Positions 6,180 to 14,019 of a stretch of 15,330 nucleotides of DNA are shown one piece after another. The first letter of the stretch is position 1. Each line of letters starts with the position of its first letter. The position numbers were made by a program, and so were the translations under genes. The notes below the pieces were generated by a model, which saw only the letters and a program-made list of their open reading frames with translations, was not told where the DNA came from and searched no databases. The DNA comes from Deltaproteobacteria bacterium (GTDB taxonomy: Bacteria > SAR324 > NAC60-12). The stretch covers positions 22,080-37,409 of the forward strand of contig NYUB01000042.1 of assembly GCA_002683785.1 (NCBI GenBank), given 5' to 3'.

Positions 6180-6764
6180 TCAGGGTTTCAACAGAAGATT
6201 CACCGTCTCAATCATTTCAGGTGTGTCAACTTTGCTGCTGAACATTTTCCGAATCCTAGCCTTACGGTCCATCAGGTAGACGTAACCGGTGTGGGTTACA
6301 AGGTAACCGATCGCCGACTTGTTCACTTCATCCTTCATGAAAAAAGAACCAAACTTTTTGGCAACCTGCTGCACTTCCTCAAAGGGCGCGTGCAATCCTA
6401 CAAATCCAGGATTGAAGAATTCCAGATAGGTTTTCATCTTCTCCAGACTGTCACGTTCAGGATCGACACTGATAAACAGAACCTGGATCAGCTCGTTTTT
6501 TGGATCCAGTTTTTGAACAGCCTGCTTGATCACGGTCAACGTTGTAGGGCAAACGTCTGGACAGGACGTATAACCAAAATAGATAAGCAGTAGTTTCCCC
6601 TCAAAATCCTTAAGGCTGACGGTCTTTCCGAGAGTGCTATCCATCTCAAAGTCGCCTCCGAGGGTATCATAAACCGGAAGGACTTCCGCTTGGAGCATCC
6701 CTAACCGGCAACCGAATATAAAAAGAAACAGGAACGTGGGCAGGAATGGGTGCTTCTTCAGCAT
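6180..6764 (-). CDS. sco1: SCO1/SenC family copper chaperone (thioredoxin-fold, cytochrome c oxidase CuA assembly), with N-terminal signal/anchor
   Basis: 194 aa with a hydrophobic N-terminus. It carries the hallmark CxxxCP motif (YFGYTSCPDVCPTTL) and a conserved downstream His (GYLVTHTGYVYLMD). Confidence 0.85.
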   Translation of the reverse strand: MLKKHPFLPTFLFLFIFGCRLGMLQAEVLPVYDTLGGDFEMDSTLGKTVSLKDFEGKLLLIYFGYTSCPDVCPTTLTVIKQAVQKLDPKNELIQVLFISVDPERDSLEKMKTYLEFFNPGFVGLHAPFEEVQQVAKKFGSFFMKDEVNKSAIGYLVTHTGYVYLMDRKARIRKMFSSKVDTPEMIETVNLLLKP

Positions 6765-6897
6765 ATTTGAATCAAATGATACGATTTAGCTTTCATCACA
6801 GCAAAGCCTGCAGCCATGGGGATAAGACTCATGCCCGGATGAACCAGGCTGAGGAGATATAGGAACCGCTATAATTTTACTGATTCTTTGGGGCGGT

Positions 6898-7941
6898 TTA
6901 TTGCTTCGAGGCTGCCTTCTGCAGTTCGTTGAGAGGAAGAAATGGGAGAAGGTTTTTGCCAACCTGCTCATCAGCAATCACCTTGTTCACTTTGGGCATG
7001 ATCACCTCCATCGTTTCAAGCATGATCCGCTCCCGGGTGACCTCTTTGGCTTTACGATATTCCTCGTAAATTGAATTGAAACGCTTGGCTTTACCTTCTG
7101 CAATCAGGGTGGTCTTCTCTGCGTACCCCTCTGCTGCATTGATGATCTGTTTTGCTTCCCCTCGAGCCTGAGGGATGAGATTGTTCATATACCCTTCCGC
7201 TTCGTTGATCAGTTTTTCACGATCTTCCCTTGCGCTGACAACGTCTTTGAATGCTTCCTTAACCTGGTCCGGAGGGTGGACATCCTGAAGTTTGACGTTT
7301 CCGATCAAGATCCCCGAATTATAACCCTTCATAGTCTCCTGAAGCAGGTTTGCAGTAGTCGATTCAATTTTTGCTTTCCCGACGGTCAGGGCTTCTGTCA
7401 CAGTGGTATCCCCGATCACTTCACGCATCGCCGATTCCGCAGCTGATTTCACGGTCTCGTCCGGATTCGTGAGATTATAGAGGTAATCTTCGATCTGTGC
7501 GATTTTGTACTGAACGGTGAACTGCACATCGACGATGTTTTCATCACCCGTCAGCATCAACGATTCTTTCTTCACCTGACGATATTTTGCCGGAGGCCCC
7601 GGATCGATGGTGCGAAATCCTATCTCGATCCGTCTGACTGCGGTCACAGGTTCGATTTGAACGGTCTCGATCGGGCTTGGCAGATGGTAATGCGGACCTG
7701 GCCCGACGATATCATAGACCTCCCCGAAACGTTTGATTACCGCCTGTTCCTGAGGATCGACGATGAAGATTCCAGTAGCGAGCCAGACCACAGCCAGGAC
7801 CACCAGGATCAACAGACTCAAGTTTTTCTGGGGCATTCCGAATTTGAATTTTCCCTGAAGATTGTTGAGCAACTCATCAATGTCAGGGGTGGGGTTGTTT
7901 TTGTCCCACGGAGATTTATTGGGTGGCTTGTTCCATTCCAT
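6898..7941 (-). CDS. hflK: FtsH protease modulator HflK (SPFH/band-7 domain membrane protein)
   Basis: 347 aa. The N-terminus (MEWNKPPNKSPWDKNNPTPDIDELL) is HflK-like and is followed by a single TM and an SPFH domain. The C-terminal LLPFLPLNEL motif is also present. No hflC gene follows it. Confidence 0.82.
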   Translation of the reverse strand: MEWNKPPNKSPWDKNNPTPDIDELLNNLQGKFKFGMPQKNLSLLILVVLAVVWLATGIFIVDPQEQAVIKRFGEVYDIVGPGPHYHLPSPIETVQIEPVTAVRRIEIGFRTIDPGPPAKYRQVKKESLMLTGDENIVDVQFTVQYKIAQIEDYLYNLTNPDETVKSAAESAMREVIGDTTVTEALTVGKAKIESTTANLLQETMKGYNSGILIGNVKLQDVHPPDQVKEAFKDVVSAREDREKLINEAEGYMNNLIPQARGEAKQIINAAEGYAEKTTLIAEGKAKRFNSIYEEYRKAKEVTRERIMLETMEVIMPKVNKVIADEQVGKNLLPFLPLNELQKAASKQ

Positions 7942-8114
7942 AGTGAAGATCTGGTGAGGTTGGCACTCCTAAATTGATTTGATCACCGCCTTTTCTGGTT
8001 CGTCGATGGAGTCTGAGGCGTCTAGAATTGTGTCAAAAGGTTTATTTTATAAGATAAGAAGCAAGGCCCGCAGGTACAAGCAGAATCCGCCTGGAATTCG
8101 CTCCGGGACAAGCC

Positions 8115-9032
8115 TCATCCCGTCAGTACATCGTAGCCTTCTGCAGTGACATGAATCGTATGCTCCCACTGGGCGGAAAGTGAACCGTCCACCGTGACTG
8201 CCGTCCAACCATCCCCGAGGATCCTGCTTTCGGGACGTCCCATGTTGATCATCGGTTCAATGGTAAATACCATGTCCTGCTGCATGATGTCTCCGCTGCC
8301 TGTTGAGCCATAATGAAGGATCTGGGGTGCTTCATGAAATTCCACACCTACCCCATGACCGCAGAAATCACGGACCACCGAATATCCAAGGCTTTCGGCA
8401 TGGTTTTGGATCGCATACCCGATGTCTCCGGTCCTACCCCCCGGGCGAACCTGGGCGATTCCCAGTTCCAGGCATTTCTTGGTTTCCTCAACAAGTTCCC
8501 TGGTAGAATCCGGGATCTCGCCTATGATGAACATCCGGCTCGCGTCTCCGAAATAACCGTCAAGGTTGCAGGTCACGTCGACGTTGATGATGTCTCCGTC
8601 CGCCAGGATACGTTCATTGGGGATACCATGGCAGATGACCTCGTTGATCGACGTACAGACACTTTTAGGAAAAGGTTTCCCTCTTGGCCCCTTGCCACGT
8701 CCATAATTGAGCGGTGCAGGATCAGCTCCCTGAGCCAAAGTCTCTTCGTGTACCCATTCGTTGATCTGGTTGGTAGTCACTCCAACCTGGATCCGTTCTT
8801 CAAGCATATCCAGCAGATCCCGGGTCAGTATGCTGCTTCTGCGGATTCCCTCGAGCTGCTCCTCGGTCTTGATCATAATCCGGCGAGGGTTTTGAGGTAC
8901 CGGGTTCTTTGGCCGTGCAGGTGGCTGGTCCTTGCCGAGGTGGCATTTCTTGAATTTTTTCCCGCTTCCACACCAGCAGGGGTCATTCCGTGAAAGTTCT
9001 TTCAGGGACTCAGGGCCTTCCTTCATCGACAT
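8115..9032 (-). CDS. map: Type I methionine aminopeptidase with an N-terminal SEC-C motif zinc finger extension
   Basis: 305 aa. The MetAP catalytic core has metal ligands in context (DGDIINVDVTCNLDGYFGD, HGVGVEFHE, FTIEPM, EHT). It is preceded by about 55 aa containing CWCGSGKKFKKCH, a SEC-C motif. The second ATG (9026) has a better GGAG spacing, so the start may be 9026 rather than 9032. Confidence 0.9.
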   Translation of the reverse strand: MSMKEGPESLKELSRNDPCWCGSGKKFKKCHLGKDQPPARPKNPVPQNPRRIMIKTEEQLEGIRRSSILTRDLLDMLEERIQVGVTTNQINEWVHEETLAQGADPAPLNYGRGKGPRGKPFPKSVCTSINEVICHGIPNERILADGDIINVDVTCNLDGYFGDASRMFIIGEIPDSTRELVEETKKCLELGIAQVRPGGRTGDIGYAIQNHAESLGYSVVRDFCGHGVGVEFHEAPQILHYGSTGSGDIMQQDMVFTIEPMINMGRPESRILGDGWTAVTVDGSLSAQWEHTIHVTAEGYDVLTG

Positions 9033-9117
9033 GCTCCGTCATTTCGTGTGGGATTATGATTTCTTCCATCCATTGCTAAGATCGAATGCTGCACAGGCAG
9101 TTTGACAAATACATGAT

Positions 9118-9966
9118 TCATTTCAAAAACGAAAACATCCGGCCGAGCTGATAGCCGTCGAAAAAACTCTCACGGGGATCATGATTCCAGTAGATCATCT
9201 GTCCCTTGCCCACGACGCTTGAAGCCTCGACAAAACCCCAGAAGCGGCTATCGGCACTGTTGTATCGGTTGTCTCCCATCACAAATATCTTACCCTCTGG
9301 AATCCGAACTGGACCGAAATTGCTGACCGGATAAGCGGCCGCCCCCGCCCCCATCACTTTGCGCTGCTCCGGGTCAAAATAAGCATAGCTTTCCTTGAAC
9401 AACTGGTCATTGATGTAGACCTGGTCCTTGCGGATTTCCAGAGTTTCTCCAGGCATGCCGATGACCCTTTTGATGTAATCAATGTCCGGATCCCGGGGAT
9501 AGGGAAAGATGACGATGTCCCCCCGGTTAATCGGCTTTTCGAAAAGCTTGCTGCCGGTGAGGGGAATCGGAGAGCCATACGAATACATGCTAGCAAAGAT
9601 GTGATCCCCGATTTGAATCGTTGGAATCATGGATCCTGAGGGAATCTGGAATGGGGCAAACAGATAAGTCCGTACAATGGTCGCAACCACCAGAGCGAAT
9701 ATGATCGCCTCGACCCACTCGCGCAGGGTTTTGTTCCTGATCCAGCGGTCGAGCCGGAAATAGCCTTTAGCTACTTTCAGCAACTGTTTCTCACGGGCCA
9801 TGATTTCATCCGCGCTTTCCAGCCTGCTCACCCGCTTCATAAAAGTTTCCGGGGATTCAAAAAAAACATCCTCCATCGAACGAAGTTCGGTGACCGCCTT
9901 TTCACTCAACCCTTTCTTCTTCAGAGTTCCTATGGATTTGCTGGACAATTTGTAGCTGATAATCAT
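9118..9966 (-). CDS. lepB: Signal peptidase I (LepB) with an approximately 75-aa N-terminal cytoplasmic extension
   Basis: S26-family motifs are present: the catalytic Ser in FQIPSGSMIPTI, KRVIGMPGE, GDNRYNSADSRFWGFV. A single TM (EAIIFALVVATIVRTYLF) sits at about residues 85-105. The start codon is uncertain; internal Met codons (such as the one in MAREKQLLKV) could be the true start. Confidence 0.85.
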   Translation of the reverse strand: MIISYKLSSKSIGTLKKKGLSEKAVTELRSMEDVFFESPETFMKRVSRLESADEIMAREKQLLKVAKGYFRLDRWIRNKTLREWVEAIIFALVVATIVRTYLFAPFQIPSGSMIPTIQIGDHIFASMYSYGSPIPLTGSKLFEKPINRGDIVIFPYPRDPDIDYIKRVIGMPGETLEIRKDQVYINDQLFKESYAYFDPEQRKVMGAGAAAYPVSNFGPVRIPEGKIFVMGDNRYNSADSRFWGFVEASSVVGKGQMIYWNHDPRESFFDGYQLGRMFSFLK

Positions 9967-10045
9967 TTCTTTTTAGCGACTTTCATGATGCTGGTAAAAT
10001 ATCCCCGGCTTGCAATTCCCGCAAACCTTGCCCAACAGACCGGAA

Positions 10046-10059
10046 TTGACAGTGGTCAA
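10046..10059. promoter_or_regulatory. Inverted repeat TTGAC-N4-GTCAA upstream of argA (candidate operator)
   Basis: Read directly from the sequence, about 45 bp upstream of the argA ATG in the lepB/argA divergent intergenic region. Confidence 0.25.
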
Positions 10060-10102
10060 CGCATCTGCTGAAAATAGTTTGTTTGGATCCCCTAAATGAT
10101 GC

Positions 10103-11368
10103 ATGAAATCATTCGTATCTACTGAAAATAACCAAAGTTTTGCCAGACATCTGCGTCAGGCACTTCCTTATTTCGAGGAATTCCAGGGGCAAATCCTGGT
10201 CTTCCACCTCGGAGAATTTCCTGCTCCGGAGGAGGATTCACGAATCATCGAAGACCTCGTCCTGCTCAACCGGGCAGGGCTGCAGATCATCCTCGTCCAT
10301 GGTCCTGGAGAACCATCCATTTTTTCAAATTCTCCGTCGGAATCCCATTTCAATGAAATACGCCGTTCGATTGCCTCTGCCAATTGGGAACTGCAAACCC
10401 GGATACACAGCATCAGCCAAAAGGTTCAAACCTTCTCCGCGCATCTGATCAAGGCGGTACCCTCCGAAATCCATCCGGAGGAACGGCGTTTGCCCAAAGG
10501 CAGGGTATCGGGAATCCTGCTCGACCCCCTGCACGAGGCATTGAACTCAAATAAACTAATTATAATACCATCCTTTGGCATCGGAGAAAAGGGGCGCTTG
10601 TGGCTTCTTGATTCATGGGAAACCTCGATCGAAGTCGCCTCAGCGGCCCATGCCAAAAAACTGGTCCATTTGGGAACCCAGAACCAAGCCCATTTCAGCA
10701 GGCTTCCTTCCAATGAAATGAACACCTCCGCCATGCGGCTCTGGCTGGAACAGGAAAAAATACCCGAAGAAGCCGGAAGGGTCTGGCAAGGTTTGCTGAA
10801 CGCCTGTGAAAGAGGAGTGGAGCGCTGTCATGACCTGGACTCAGGGGTAGACGGATCGTTGCTGCAAGAGATACTGACCCCGGGAGGAATCGGGCTGATG
10901 GTGACCAACAGCGACTACCGCAAGATCCGCTCTGCACGGATGAGCGACCTCCAGAGGATCAGCGAACTGCTGGGAGAATCCTCCACAGAAAAGACAGTGG
11001 TCTACCGCAGTCGGGAGTACCTGGGACAGCATGTCGATGACTTCCACGTTTTCTGCATCGATGAAGAAATCACAGGATGCGTAGAATTCCATACCTCTCG
11101 CGACAGTCCCGCAGCACTGATTGGCAGTCTGACGGTTTCGGCCTCCCACCGCAATCAGGGCATAGGCCGAGAATTGGTCGAGGCGGTTATTCAGGAAGCT
11201 CAAAAACGTGAATTTCGAAACCTCTTCGCACTAACCATGTCTCAATCCAGCATCTTCGTCCAATGCGGATTTGAGGAAGTTGAGCCGGAAGAGTTACCGG
11301 ATTGGAAACTGAAAGATTTTGATTATCCCGAATCCCGTGTCTTCCGTTTCAAGATCAACCGCAGTTGA
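10103..11368 (+). CDS. argA: Amino-acid N-acetyltransferase (N-acetylglutamate synthase), with an amino-acid-kinase-like domain plus a C-terminal GNAT domain
   Basis: 421 aa. The N-terminal region aligns with ArgA (FARHLRQALPYFEEFQGQILVFHLGE...LQIILVHGPGEP versus E. coli [23 protein letters not shown]...IRLVVVYGARPQ). The central RGVERCHDLDSGVDGSLLQEILTPGGIG matches the ArgA motif [28 protein letters not shown]. The C-terminal GNAT acetyl-CoA site reads HRNQGIGRELVE. Confidence 0.75.
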   Translation: MKSFVSTENNQSFARHLRQALPYFEEFQGQILVFHLGEFPAPEEDSRIIEDLVLLNRAGLQIILVHGPGEPSIFSNSPSESHFNEIRRSIASANWELQTRIHSISQKVQTFSAHLIKAVPSEIHPEERRLPKGRVSGILLDPLHEALNSNKLIIIPSFGIGEKGRLWLLDSWETSIEVASAAHAKKLVHLGTQNQAHFSRLPSNEMNTSAMRLWLEQEKIPEEAGRVWQGLLNACERGVERCHDLDSGVDGSLLQEILTPGGIGLMVTNSDYRKIRSARMSDLQRISELLGESSTEKTVVYRSREYLGQHVDDFHVFCIDEEITGCVEFHTSRDSPAALIGSLTVSASHRNQGIGRELVEAVIQEAQKREFRNLFALTMSQSSIFVQCGFEEVEPEELPDWKLKDFDYPESRVFRFKINRS

Positions 11369-11377
11369 AAAATCGGA

Positions 11378-11935
11378 TCACACGGTTCCGGAGGAGATGA
11401 ATCCTGCTGTCAGTGGATCGATGCCGAGGTTTTTCAGAGTCGTTTCCCAGCGTAGCCCGTAATCCATTTCCATCAGCAATTCTTCATCGAGAGGTCCTAA
11501 CCACCATGATTCATGTTGGATTTCACCATCCAATTGCTGTGGTCCCCAACCCGAATAACCGCATCCCATATGGCATGTTTCCGGCAGCCCATTTGTTTCC
11601 AATTCATTGATCAACTCCTTGGCGGAGCTGAGTCTGATTCCAGGAGAAAGTGTCGTGGTCGATTCCCCTTCGTAATCCGGACCATGGACCGCCCAGAACA
11701 TTTCGGGTTGAACGGGGCCTCCGAGAAGAAGTGGAATGTTAAGCAGTCCGTCCTGGGAAGTTTCCTCCTTCAAAATCTCGCGCACCTGAGACCCAGAGGT
11801 ATGATTCATCACCAGTCCCATCGCGCCTTCCTCATTGTAGTTGCACAGAAGGATCACCGTTTTCTCGAAATAGGAATCCTTCAGGCCCGGCAGGGCTACG
11901 AGGATACCAGGAACTTCACTGTCAGGCAGGGTCAT
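11378..11935 (-). CDS. yqgE: YqgE/AlgH family protein (UPF0301 / DUF179)
   Basis: 185 aa. Family-typical motifs are present: GILVALPGLKDSYFEKTVILLCNYNEEGAMGLVMN and CHMGCGYSGWGPQQLDGEI. Confidence 0.8.
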   Translation of the reverse strand: MTLPDSEVPGILVALPGLKDSYFEKTVILLCNYNEEGAMGLVMNHTSGSQVREILKEETSQDGLLNIPLLLGGPVQPEMFWAVHGPDYEGESTTTLSPGIRLSSAKELINELETNGLPETCHMGCGYSGWGPQQLDGEIQHESWWLGPLDEELLMEMDYGLRWETTLKNLGIDPLTAGFISSGTV

Positions 11936-11987
11936 GCTACAAAAAGGAGTCTCTGATTCATGAAATACTTGCGTAGATAATTACATT

Positions 11988-13073
11988 ATGACTGAAGTCC
12001 GCGGAAAAAGAAAAAGAACTCCGAGAAAAAAATCTTCATCCCAACAAACTGAAGCAGAACAGCTCAGTGGTTTTCTGCGCTCCATCGGCTACCGTAAAGC
12101 GAATGACGACTCATCGTATGGCAATGCCCTCGAGGTGCTCAAGACGATTTTCGAGGCCACTGGACAACAGCATTTGCTCGAACTGGTCAAGTTGCGCCGG
12201 CTCTGGTACAGGGAAATCGGGGGGTTCATGGCAAGCCACGCCCAACCAAGCAGGATCTCAGTCGAACAGCATTTCGAAGTCGACAGTGCCTTTTTGGAAA
12301 AACTTCGAATCGCCGCACCAGCGATGGACCTGATGCAGATCACCGAAGACCTGAACGGAAGGGTTTATTCCGAATGGCGCGATTTCCAGTCCGCTTTGCG
12401 TCGCAGGCTTGGCAGGCCCCTGAAAAAAGAAGAGATCCACTTGCTCCGAAGACATTCACAGTTTGTCCCACGCCATGCGGTATTGCACCTGACGGTCTAC
12501 GACGGAAGCATCGCCCAGGCGGTTCAGTTTGAGGAAGCAACCTACCTCCAGCGTTTTCGGGAACTCTTGCCTGAACTTCCATTGGGTGCGATACGATGTA
12601 AGGTCGGAGATCTCGGCAGGACCAGCCATGACCAGAGGGGACTCGAGGAGATGCTTTCACGCTGGCAGGAACTTCAGCCCAGGAAGATATTCGAAAACTG
12701 CCTCCCGGACCACATCCATCGTGTGAACGAGGACCAAGCCGTCCTCATCCTGAATTGCAGCACTGCATCTGAGGCTAAGCTGCTCCGTCTTCACCCTGGA
12801 GGACCAGGGATGCTGAAGATGATCCACCAAGCTTTCCCAGACCTCGAGGAACTGTTCCAGCAGGTGGCATACGTTTCTTCCTCCTCCAAAAAAATCTTGG
12901 CTCCTGAAGACACTTTGCCTGAACCTTCAGGAGAATCTCTTCAGCAAACACCCCCGCTAAAATCTGGAAAGTCCAGGAAGAATCCGAATCCTTCTGCTTC
13001 GGACAAAGTGCGGGTGCAGGAAATCATCAGGCGCTTGAGAGAATCGAGAGGAGAAATGGAGCCGAAAGGATGA
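11988..13073 (+). CDS. Hypothetical protein with three tandem DUF721 (DciA-like) repeats. It has a basic KRKRTPRKK N-terminus and a low-complexity basic C-terminal tail.
   Basis: 361-aa ORF. Three segments (about aa 72-135, 150-210 and 230-297) share a V-x-[VL]-x-S-x-A-x-x-x-L ... LP-x-L pattern (FEVDSAFLEKL; LTVYDGSIAQAV; ILNCSTASEAKLL). This resembles the DUF721 signature (V.V.SSAWAQEL) that I recall from DciA-type proteins. There is no obvious Shine-Dalgarno sequence. Family assignment is from memory. Confidence 0.55.
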   Translation: MTEVRGKRKRTPRKKSSSQQTEAEQLSGFLRSIGYRKANDDSSYGNALEVLKTIFEATGQQHLLELVKLRRLWYREIGGFMASHAQPSRISVEQHFEVDSAFLEKLRIAAPAMDLMQITEDLNGRVYSEWRDFQSALRRRLGRPLKKEEIHLLRRHSQFVPRHAVLHLTVYDGSIAQAVQFEEATYLQRFRELLPELPLGAIRCKVGDLGRTSHDQRGLEEMLSRWQELQPRKIFENCLPDHIHRVNEDQAVLILNCSTASEAKLLRLHPGGPGMLKMIHQAFPDLEELFQQVAYVSSSSKKILAPEDTLPEPSGESLQQTPPLKSGKSRKNPNPSASDKVRVQEIIRRLRESRGEMEPKG

Positions 13074-13083
13074 CAGGAGTTGA

Positions 13084-13941
13084 TCAGGAAGAAAGCGAGT
13101 CGTAGATCATGCCATAGCTCCGGTAGCGTTCTTCCGTGATCTGCCCATCCTCCAAGGCCTGTTTGACCCCGCAATCCGGTTCCCGAAGGTGGCTACAGCT
13201 TTTGAAACGGCAGGTTTCGGAGGGTTCCGTAAATTCTTCAAAATAGCTCCCCAGTTCCTGAGGCTTCATCCCGAAGGGCATCAACTCCCGGACCCCCGGG
13301 GTATCCACCAGCCAACCTTCCCCAGGCAACGGATACATGTTGGCCAGGATGGTGGTGTGGCGTCCGGTACCGCTTTTCCGTTTCACCTCTCCCACCTTAA
13401 TCGACCATTCCGGGAAAAGGATCTGGATCAGGGACGATTTGCCCACTCCGGAGTGTCCGCAAAGTACGGATTTTGCTCCGCTCAACAATTCCCTCAGTTC
13501 CTCCATTCCACTGTTTTGGACGACACTGGTTTGAATCACACGGTAACCGATGCCCCGGTAAAGCCGGGTTGGAATTTCCAGCTCTTCCGCTTCGGCCAAG
13601 TCAGACTTGTTGAACAGGATCACCGGCGTCAGGCCTCCCTGCAGACCCACGGCAATCAGTCGATCAATAACCCCGTATCGGAACGCGGGGCGTTTCATCG
13701 CAGAAACGATGATCAGCGTTTCCGCGTTGCTCACGAGTACTTGGGCTTCACTACGGTCTGCCGCCCTGCGAGTCAGTTCCGTGCGGCGTGGCAGGCGTTC
13801 GAGGATCCAACCGGTTTCATGGGGAGGTTGAAATTCGACACGCACTTCGTCTCCGACGGCGATGCGAGATTCCCGGGGTTCCTGGTGAAAAAGATTGGAG
13901 CGAATGCGACAAAGACGAGGTGAACCTTCTCCAAGGTCCAC
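13084..13941 (-). CDS. rsgA: Ribosome small-subunit-dependent GTPase A (RsgA/YjeQ/CpgA). The annotated GTG start probably truncates the N-terminal OB fold.
   Basis: 285 aa from GTG 13941. The circularly permuted GTPase motifs appear in RsgA order (NKSDL, then GHSGVGKSSL, then DTPG). A C-terminal zinc finger CRFKSCSHLREPDCGV follows. The frame stays open and RsgA-like (…LQSGTIVRRTRSHYYVDL, compare B. subtilis CpgA MPEGKIIKALSGFYYVL) for 26 more codons upstream, as far as the ntrC-like stop codon. Confidence 0.85.
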   Translation of the reverse strand: MDLGEGSPRLCRIRSNLFHQEPRESRIAVGDEVRVEFQPPHETGWILERLPRRTELTRRAADRSEAQVLVSNAETLIIVSAMKRPAFRYGVIDRLIAVGLQGGLTPVILFNKSDLAEAEELEIPTRLYRGIGYRVIQTSVVQNSGMEELRELLSGAKSVLCGHSGVGKSSLIQILFPEWSIKVGEVKRKSGTGRHTTILANMYPLPGEGWLVDTPGVRELMPFGMKPQELGSYFEEFTEPSETCRFKSCSHLREPDCGVKQALEDGQITEERYRSYGMIYDSLSS

Positions 13942-14019
13942 ATAGTAATGGCTGCGTGTGCGCCTGACGATGGTCCCGGACTGCAGAGGCAGACCTAGGC
14001 GTGGGTCAACCGGACCGGC

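Noticed and set aside
7952-7969. Sigma54-promoter-like TGGCAC...TTGA sequence
   Set aside because: The GG/GC spacing is off by about 2 nt, and the -12 element is TTGA rather than TTGC. It would drive transcription antisense into map, so it is probably a chance match.
7942-8114. 173-bp intergenic region between hflK and map, checked for tRNA/sRNA
   Set aside because: No cloverleaf-compatible structure or strong terminator hairpin could be discerned by eye, so nothing supportable can be called.
8049-8118. 23-aa ORF (MRLVPERIPGGFCLYLRALLLIL) whose ATG overlaps the map stop codon in an ATGA arrangement
   Set aside because: It is short and hydrophobic with no conservation evidence and is most likely spurious. 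Noted only because of the ATGA overlap.
9354-9596. 80-aa ORF in an alternative frame within lepB
   Set aside because: It overlaps the conserved signal peptidase catalytic region in another frame, with no independent support.
10103-10500. Possible degenerate or non-catalytic kinase-like domain in ArgA (HLGE instead of K-x-GG)
   Set aside because: Classical ArgA enzymes themselves carry a non-phosphorylating amino-acid-kinase-fold domain with a similar substitution (E. coli IMLGGE), so this is normal for the family.
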